NCBI RefSeq assembly: GCF_000315625.1
Contig: NW_005434493.1
Span: forward strand, 28,964 to 92,963
From: Guillardia theta CCMP2712
Taxonomy: Eukaryota; Protista; Cryptophyta
Reading direction: 5' to 3'
Length of the DNA: 64,000 bases
Part shown: positions 56,378-64,000 of the stretch, one piece after another
Numbering within the stretch: position 1 is the first letter of the stretch
Layout of the letters: the number at the start of each line of letters is the position of its first letter
Notes under the pieces: generated by a model
Databases searched by the model: none
What the model was told of the DNA's origin: nothing
The model's input: the letters and a program-made list of their open reading frames with translations, nothing else
Made by a program: the position numbers and the translations under genes

Positions 56378-57151
56378 TCATCTGGGGCTTGTTGACAAGC
56401 TGGGATCCCTTCTTGCCTGCATCAACACATCATGCATTGCTTTGAACAAGTCGTGGAACACAACACCTTGCTTGTAGTAGTCGTAGTCGTAGGGCTGATA
56501 TCCCCATCCGAGCATGGACTCGAGGTAGCGGATGTCGTAGGACTGCTCTGCAACGGTGTTCTCGAGGGAAGAGACCTTCTCCTTCAAGTCATTGTATCCC
56601 TTCTCGCCGACAGACTCTCCGCAGTTGTCCTCGTCGAAGACAATGCCAGCCTTTCCGCTGAGGGTGCCCTGCCACATCCTCCATGCAGAGTAGGCATCAG
56701 GGTAGAGAGACTGGTAACCGTCCATCACAGTCTCCCAGCAGCAGCCAAAATAGTCAGAGGCCTGCCACATCGCCTGCTTGCAAGGGGAGGCAACATCGTT
56801 GAGCTCGTGAATGTTTCCGCACCACTTCTGGATGTACTGAGAGAAGGCAGGGAGGTTGACGACCGACTTGCACCTGCCGTAAACAGGATGCATGGAGATG
56901 TAGGCATCCTCGGGATCAGCAGCAGGAGCGGCGGCGGCAGCCTCCTCGCTCTCGCCCTCGGCTTCAGGCGACGCCTCCTCGACATCAACCACGGTAGGAG
57001 CGTTGCCAGAGATGGCAGCGGTAGCAAGTCTCATCTGCATCATGGCAGACGGCTTGTTCGCTTCGGAAACGGTGTGGACGAGGAGGGCAAGGAGGGCGGT
57101 GGCGCAAAGAAACATGAGCGCGGCCGCGCGCTTGCTCATGGGTACAGCCAT
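56378..57151 (-). CDS. Signal/membrane-anchored Cys-rich protein of unknown function; may continue in exons down to ~55600
   Basis: Hydrophobic N-terminus, acidic Ala-rich linker, Cys cluster (GCCW), coiled coil, strong GC3 codon bias. Confidence 0.6.
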   Translation of the reverse strand: MAVPMSKRAAALMFLCATALLALLVHTVSEANKPSAMMQMRLATAAISGNAPTVVDVEEASPEAEGESEEAAAAAPAADPEDAYISMHPVYGRCKSVVNLPAFSQYIQKWCGNIHELNDVASPCKQAMWQASDYFGCCWETVMDGYQSLYPDAYSAWRMWQGTLSGKAGIVFDEDNCGESVGEKGYNDLKEKVSSLENTVAEQSYDIRYLESMLGWGYQPYDYDYYKQGVVFHDLFKAMHDVLMQARRDPSLSTSPR

Positions 57152-57535
57152 GGTTTGCGAAGAGGCAGATTCGCTTCGAAGGGGTACCCTATTTAGCACC
57201 ACACTAGGGGTGGTTTCATGTATGGGGGTAGGGGTAGAAAAATGTCAAAATCTCGGGTAGGTAGTCTGAAAGGCAATGCAGCATTCCGAAGGTCATTGTT
57301 TGCTATAAAGTACCGGTCATGGTCGGATAGAAGTTGATGTGAGGGAGGTAGGGGTTATCAAAGTTGAATTGACATAATAGGGGTGGGGTTATTGGGTAGG
57401 GGAACCTCCCGGAGGCTCATCCTTTACTCAACATACCCCTTACTGAGAGTACCGGGCCAGCGGGCCGGGCCGGCGAGTCACTGAGTGAGGAGTGAGGGCC
57501 AGGCCGCGCCCCGGATCGCCGCCGACAATTAGGTC

Positions 57536-57745
57536 TTTCTCAAAGTTAACTGATAAAAATCAGTACGAGGACAATCAGGAGAGTCGAGGAGGCTTGACCC
57601 TGACACTGTCGCACAGGCCCAACCTTCGGAACCGAACCCAATTACGGAAGTTAGAGTTAAGTTTCAATCATCAGAGTCAGTTTGGGGGACGGACAGCAGT
57701 TGGCAGGATTAGGTTTGGTTCTCGCTGTCTTTTCTCTTCTCGCCG
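57536..57745. repeat. Dispersed-family terminus (57536-57588) plus an oppositely oriented copy of the RLE-element 3' UTR (57680-57745)
   Basis: gtttgggggac..agcagttggcaggattaggtttggttctcgctgtcttttctcttctcgccgt matches the reverse complement of ~4809-4871. Confidence 0.85.
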
Positions 57746-58982
57746 TTTGGCCAATCCAATGATCGGACCGGGCCGGAAAGGGACACCGGGGCGGGAGTAG
57801 ACGCCGGGCCGCGCGTCCGGCGATCCGATCGGTACGCGGCCGCATGCCACGGTGACGACCGTGACGGTCGCCGGACAAGCCTGAACTTCGGAAGTTCAAC
57901 GGCCCGCCGGGCCGAAGCCAAGCGGCGGCAGCTCAGTGCCCCCGCTGACGAGCCGCGGGGCCAGTGCGGCCCGGCCCAGCGCTCCGGCCGCGGGCACCCC
58001 GGCAGGCAGCCTGGCCGGGCCCGGGCTCACTTTCGGGCCGGCGACAACTCAGTGACTGGCTCACATGCGGAAGTTGGAAGTTTGACATGCTTCCGAAAAT
58101 GGCGGTTGGGGGTCCGAGGGTCATTGAGGGGGTACTGCTGAAGGGAGGGAAGACTCGTGTATCGGTGGGGTAGTCAACACGGAAATCACTTCAGTACCCG
58201 TACATATGACTGATATATTTGGGGTAATGATTTCACAGGGAGGAGTGGGGATAACCTTACTCAAAGTTCAGGGGTGGGGTGGTCATGGTGACTTGTTGCC
58301 CTTGCAAATTCTGGGTAGGGTAGACGGCCAGGGGGCGGCAGCACAATAGGTCTACGGGGTGGGGTAGTGTCAAGGGGTGGGTAGTCGTGTGGTACTTGTG
58401 TGGATAGGAAATTAGGGGTACTAGAAGACAACAGGTAGGACGACGATTGCTAAGTGGGGTGGGTGGGTTGGTAGGGTGGTCAATTGAATGATGGCAGAAG
58501 AGCTTGACGACTTCATGCTGGTAAGGAATGGCAGAAACGAAGTGAAGCGACGATGCCGTGGGAGGAGAGGAGAGGAGATAACAAGATAGCCTGGGACAGC
58601 ACAGGACCAGAGCCAAAGATGACAGATGATTGACGAACATAACAAGGGAAGCTTCCAATAGGCATACTGGAGACCAAAGGCAGGAGGGTTGGAGCAGGCA
58701 GGCAGGGCACTTGAATGAGTACGTGGGAAGTTGCATTAAGGTATATAATGTCTCGAAGATATAGAATGAGGCATTTCATGTGAAAGGAAGCGGTAGGTAA
58801 GGATCATGAAAAGGAAAGCCTTCCAATGTTTGTCGTGTAGTTTCTCAAGTATCATAGGAAAACAGGGTAGATTGTGACGAGTCAGATGAATAAGCAGAAA
58901 GGGAAGAGTCGCTTAGATGCGAAGCAAAACAGTGCTTGTCTCTGAGTTCCGTCGTATGAGATATTGCGCTCCTGATGCATAG

Positions 58983-61064
58983 ATGTTTGAAGCAGGAGAG
59001 GAATTTAAAGCGATGTGTGGTAGTGATACAGATTGTGGTCAGATTATACTCATTGTGGTGTTTACCAGGCACTCAAGCTCCAGGAGGAGGAGAAGGTGAG
59101 CTTTCTATGCAAATCTCGTGCTGAGGCATTGATTTGAGCTCCAGAGGATCTTTCAACGGGAGTTGCAATCCGGTGTCTCACGTGGCAGAGAGGAGGCGGT
59201 GGAGAGGGCCAAGGAGTACATCCGGCAGATTGACAGCTCAACGGGAGGGATGCGGGAAGGCAAGGAGAGGGGAGACGACATCAACCCGAGGGGCCAGAGG
59301 AACGAGGTCGAGGAGGACAGCGATCCCATCGTTGCGCGGCAGATGCTGGAGGAGGAGCGGCTCAGGCGGGAGTGGCTGGGGAGGGTGAACCGTAGTCCCC
59401 AGATCTCACCGGAGGTGATACGAAGGGCCCAAGAGATCCAGGAAGGAAGGAAGAACAGGAAGGCGGCGGAAAAAGATGTGAGAGGACGTTGTCTTTCGCG
59501 CCTACAGTCACATGATTAGCGTGCTAACTGTCACGGGCTGTCGCAGGGAATGGGGAGGAAAGTGAAGGACGTCAGAGCGATCGAGCGCAGAAATCGGGAG
59601 ATTCCTCTTGCTAACAGCTCTCTGCGTGCGGGGAATGTGGACATGCCCCCAGCTAGCGATGGGTTCTGGCAGCAGCAGGCTGCGTTCGATCTGCAGGAAG
59701 ATGATCGAAGGAGGGAGCAGCAGGCGGTTTTGTATCAACAGCAGCTGCAGCTAGAGCGAGAGATCGAGCGCGAGAAGGAGCAGCGCAGACTGAAGGAGAA
59801 GGAGCAAGTGATGACATGCTGATGACTCTTGGAGATTGTTTGCTGATGATTGCTGTAGCAGGAGGCCAAGGAGCGGGAGCGTGAGAGGGAGAGGGAGAGG
59901 GAGAGGGAGAAGGAGAGGGAGAGGGAGAGGGAGTGTGAGAGGGAGAGGGAGCGTGAGAGGGAGAAGGAAAGAGAACGCAAGGCACGAGAGATTTATGGTG
60001 AACCTTTCCTTGTTGTACGTCTTGTTTCTCATTCTTTCTGCAACGCGACAGCCGCCCGAGAAGCCGAGAAGAGGCGTGAAGGCGGGCAGAGGATGGAGCC
60101 TCGGAGGGGGGAGATGGAGAGAAAGCCGAAGCAGGTCTATGCCGTGGTGAGCTCTCTGTGCTCAACCTTGACCGCTCCTCCAGCCCTCTCACTCTCCCGC
60201 GCGGCTCTTAGCGGAGGCAAGGGACGACGATTTCGAATGGGAGGTAGACGTCAAGGACCTCACCCTCGGGAAGCTGCTGGGGTCTGGCTCCTTCGGCGAC
60301 GTGTACAAGGGGATGTGGCTCGGGGCGGAGGTTGCGGTGAAGAGGCTTAGGTTCGCGAGGGGTTTGACGGCAACAGACCTTAAGGAGTTCAGGGCAGAGG
60401 TCGACATCATGGCCAGGATGCGGCACGTTAACGTGGTCCAGTTCGTCGGGGCGTGCACGGTCCCTCCCAACCTCTCGATCCTTACGGAGTTCCTCCCCAA
60501 GGGCTCTCTGTACGACGTACTTAGGAGGGAGCGGCTGACTTGGCCGCTCAAGGTGAAGATAATGCACCAGGCAGCGGCGGGGCTCCTCTACCTCCACAAC
60601 CGCAAACCCCCCATCGTGCATCGCGATCTCAAGTCAGACAACTTCCTGGTGGCCTCCGACTACACCGTCAAGGTCTGCGACTTCGGGCTCGCGAGGTTCA
60701 AGAGCGCCGCTGGGCACGTGGCTACTTCCCACAACCGATCGGGAACCCCCGGCTGGATGGCGCCGGAGGTTCTGAGAGGGGAGAAGTTCAACGAGTGCTG
60801 CGACATCTACAGCTTCGCCATCGTCATGTGGGAGCTACTCACTGGCGAGTGTCCCTGGGGAGACATGGAGCCTGCCCAGCTGACCTCCGTAGTCGGCTTC
60901 CAAGGCCGGAGACTCCCCGTCCCTTCCCGTCCTCCTCCCGGCTGCCCGGAGGACTACCTCCTCCTCATGACCGACTGCTGGCAGCAGTCGCCGAGCAGGA
61001 GGCCGAAGATGAGGGAGGTGCAAGCGAGGCTGCTGGAGATGGAGAAGAGGACTGGGGGCAGGTA
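58983..61064 (+). CDS. TKL (Raf/MLK-like) protein kinase with N-terminal coiled-coil exons
   Basis: WEVDVKDLTLGKLLGSGSFGDVY, VAVK, HRDLKSDN, DFG, GTPGWMAPE. 5' end approximate. Confidence 0.92.
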
Positions 61065-61199
61065 GCTGCGATCTGGAGCCTAGTTAAGCACTTCCTTCAT
61101 GTACAAGTCAAGTTCTAAGGTGTCTGCTGGACCTCTCCCGGGCGTTTCACATCTTCTGCTGGGCTGGGACGTCGGTCTCGTGCATCTCCCGCACTTCTT

Positions 61200-64000
61200 G
61201 TGCCCTGCAAGCGAGTCAGCGAGTGAGGAGGAGGAGAGGAGGAGGACAGAGAGCAGGGAGCGCAGCACAGGACGACGGAAGCGATCTCCATGAGGTCCAG
61301 AGGGGAGGCTCTCGGCATCCCCAAAATCTCCTGCATTCTCCTCCTCTGCAGGAAGCGGAAACAGGGGAAGCAGAAGCTGCGGTAGAGGGTGAGCAGCACT
61401 TGACACAGGGAGGAGGAGGAAAGTCACAGGGGCAAGAGGGCGTAGCGCACGAGGTCCTCGGAAAAGTCCGTCTTGTCATCCAAGGAGAGGCAGAGCTGCG
61501 CGAAGAGAGCGGAGGAGGAGGAGGAGGAGGAGAGAAAGTGATAGAGAGGAATATGTGAAGGAAGCGAAGCGAAGGGAATCAGACATGTCAGTAGCAGACA
61601 GGAGACGGGTAGAAGAGAGCAAGTGGAGGAGACGGGGGAGGGAGGGGAGGAAGTGAAAGTTTCAGAAACCTCCGATGCCATGCAGGGCATGCAGCACAAT
61701 GTGCTTGCTATCGTAGAGCTTCGTTTCCAGTCCAGGAGCGGAGAGCTCCATCCAAGACGGGAGGACACAGCCGCTTCCTCCTGCGCCATCAAGTCATACC
61801 ACCTCCTCGAGTACAACTCATGGTCCTCACTCCTCCTCCTCCTCCTCCTCCTCCTCCTCCTCCTCCTCCTCCCGCTGCTGCTGCCTCTTTCGCTTCCTTC
61901 CGCGTGTGACCTGGTTGACGTAAGAGGAATGAATGCTCGCTGCTCCTCCACCTGTTGCCTCCCTCCCGCCCGAGCTGGAGGATGCGACCCCATTCGTTGA
62001 TGCTTTAGAGTCTTCCAGCTCGGAGGCTCTGACGGATTTCTCAGCTCCTCCTTGCTGGGAGTCCAGCTGGGGTCGTCCTGACACCCGGAAGAGACGATCC
62101 AGCCATGCTTCGTGCTTGAGGGTCTCGGGTAGGCTGAGAAGAAGGAGGCCCGCGAACTCCTGCTGGGGCCAGTCAGGAGAGAGGAGGAGGGGAGGAANNN
62201 NNNNNNNNNNNNNNNNNNNNNNNNNNNNNNNNNNNNNNNNNNNNNNNNNNNNNNNNNNNNNNNNNNNNNNNNNNNNNNNNNNNNNNNNNNNNNNNNNGAA
62301 GAAGAAGAAGGAGAAGAATGAGAGATGAAGATATGAAGAGGAGGAAGGGACAGAACATGCCAGTCCTTCTACCTCTTTGTTCTCTCTAGAGCCACGTCAA
62401 AGCTGCTCACATCACGGATTCTTCAATCATAATGCTGCAATTATCTTGCCTCCTCATCCTCCTCCTCCTCCTCCTCCTCTTCCTCCTCCTCCTCCTCCTC
62501 CTCCTCCTCCTCCTTCTCCTCCTCCTCCTCCTCCTGCTTTATTCCGCTTCTTCTCTCACCTCGTGGTAGATTGTCTCTGCAGTTGTTGGTTTACTTTGCT
62601 CGAAGGTGCGGATTGCGATGGCCTGCAGTGAGATGAAGAGAGGGAACGAGATGAGTTGAGCAGCAGCAGCAGCGGAGGAGAGAGAAGTGAGCTCAGTACG
62701 CAGAATAGAGTAAAGAAGACGACATTGAAGAAGAGAAAAATGCCAGAAGTCTCCAAGGGTGAGGGCATGCGTGAGGAGGAGGAGGAGGAGGACGAGGAGG
62801 AGGAGGAGGGAGCAGAACCTTCTTTTGAGGAGGATTACAGACTCTGAGGAGAGGAAGAGAGTCTGGGTTGCTTTCTGAAATCTCCTTGACCTGCTCGAGG
62901 TCAGCAACTCGTTTATGCCACTTGACAGGCTCCAATAACCTTCCTCCTCCTCCCCCTCCTCCCCCTCCCCATCCTCCTCCTCCCTCTTCTCCCCCTCCTC
63001 TCCCCCCTCCTCCTCCTCCCCTTCCTCCTCCCCCTCCCCTTCCTCTCGTCCTCTCGTCCTCGTCCTCGTCCTCGTCCTCCTGTTCCTCTCACCTCGCAGT
63101 CCCTCAGGTTCACTTTCATCTTGAGCGTCTGCCTCTTCACGTAAACCCTGGCTCTTCACTTTGACAAGCAACTACGCACGCTGTCATGCTCGGGCCCGGT
63201 CGTCACCCTCAGCCGCTGCTGGTACGGATCCTGCCCGTCGTGTCAACCTCGAACAGCTGGACGCCCTCCTACCATGTGCAGGTAGAACCTTTCCCAGCTC
63301 GCCCGAGGATCGCCCTGGAGGGGAGCTGAGAAACAGCCGGGCAGGAGCTGGGGAGCTCACACCTTGACGGCCGCCCAGCCCTCCATCCACTCCAGCTCGG
63401 AGGGAGTGATGAAGATGGAGAAGGCGAGGGAAAGTTTGACCTCCTGCCCGCCGACCACGACCTTCTCTCCCTTGCCGTTGGTGATCGACTGAGACGGCAG
63501 CAGGAGGAGAGAAACGTGAGTCGCAAGCAGCAACAGCAGCAGGAGCCTCACGTAGGATTCAGCTGCTGTCCTCCTCACCCCTCTCACCTGCCAGCACCCG
63601 TTAGCCGCTCCAGCATGCGGAAGCAGGAGGAGGGGCAGGTGGTGGAGGAGGAGGAGGAGGAAGAGGAAGAGGAAGAGGAAGAGGAAGAGGAAGAGGAAGA
63701 GGAGGAGGAGAAAGAGGAGCAGGAGCAGGAGCAGGAGTATGAGACGCAAAAGGAGGAGGAGGGGCAGGAGGGGCAGGACGAGGAGATACCACGGGATCAG
63801 CCCACGACCGCTTCCATATTTCTCCGACATTGAACAGCCGCTCGCCTGCTCACGTTTCTCAGCTGAGAGTCTCGCTGTGAGTCTCGTCGTACCTATCAGC
63901 TCGCTCATCTTGGCGCTGATGTGAGGAAAATGAAGGACACAGGAGTGAAGGATGGACGTCATAGGAGGAGGAGGAGGAGGAGGACAGGGGAGGAGGAGGA
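61200..64000 (-). CDS. Partial multi-exon gene of unknown product
   Basis: AG/GT-bounded coding-like exons (e.g. QEVKLSLAFSIFITPSELEWMEGW, FSEDLVRYALLPL) between microsatellite introns. Confidence 0.45.

Noticed and set aside
62540-63500. Dynein heavy chain resemblance (QEVKLSLAFSIFIT)
   Set aside because: No Walker motifs or other diagnostic residues are visible; similarity is too weak.

Overview
Eukaryotic nuclear scaffold with GT-AG spliceosomal introns and seven N-gaps; this is not prokaryotic DNA. Bipartite signal+transit peptides with an aromatic +1 residue point to an alga with a red-derived complex plastid, most likely a cryptophyte resembling Guillardia theta (inference). Bases 1-~6.6 kb are decayed or accessory: a broken Cys-rich repeat gene, interstitial TTTAGGG units, a heptad-repeat ORF and a remnant of a restriction-like-endonuclease (RLE, CRE-like) non-LTR retroelement. 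The rest holds ordinary genes: VPS4, MECR, a small thylakoid-lumen protein, thymidine kinase, an IQ/WW/TLDc protein, plastid cyclophilin, a giant LRR protein, NAE1, EIPR1/TSSC1, a SAP/DnaJ/Zn-finger protein, GT2, a cNMP-binding protein, GH130, a GMC oxidoreductase and a TKL kinase. The most notable signal is a dispersed repeat family ending in ...GATTTTTAACTTAACTTTGAGTAAA. It shares sequence with the 3' region of the RLE remnant and recurs in at least five intergenic regions, mostly between divergent genes. Copies often form outward-facing inverted pairs inside CCGG-rich and GGGGT-rich islands. One NAE1 exon lies on the wrong strand and the GH130 gene switches into an unrelated gene at a microsatellite; both are probably assembly mis-joins. 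Exon structures were traced by eye, so outer coordinates of multi-exon genes are approximate.
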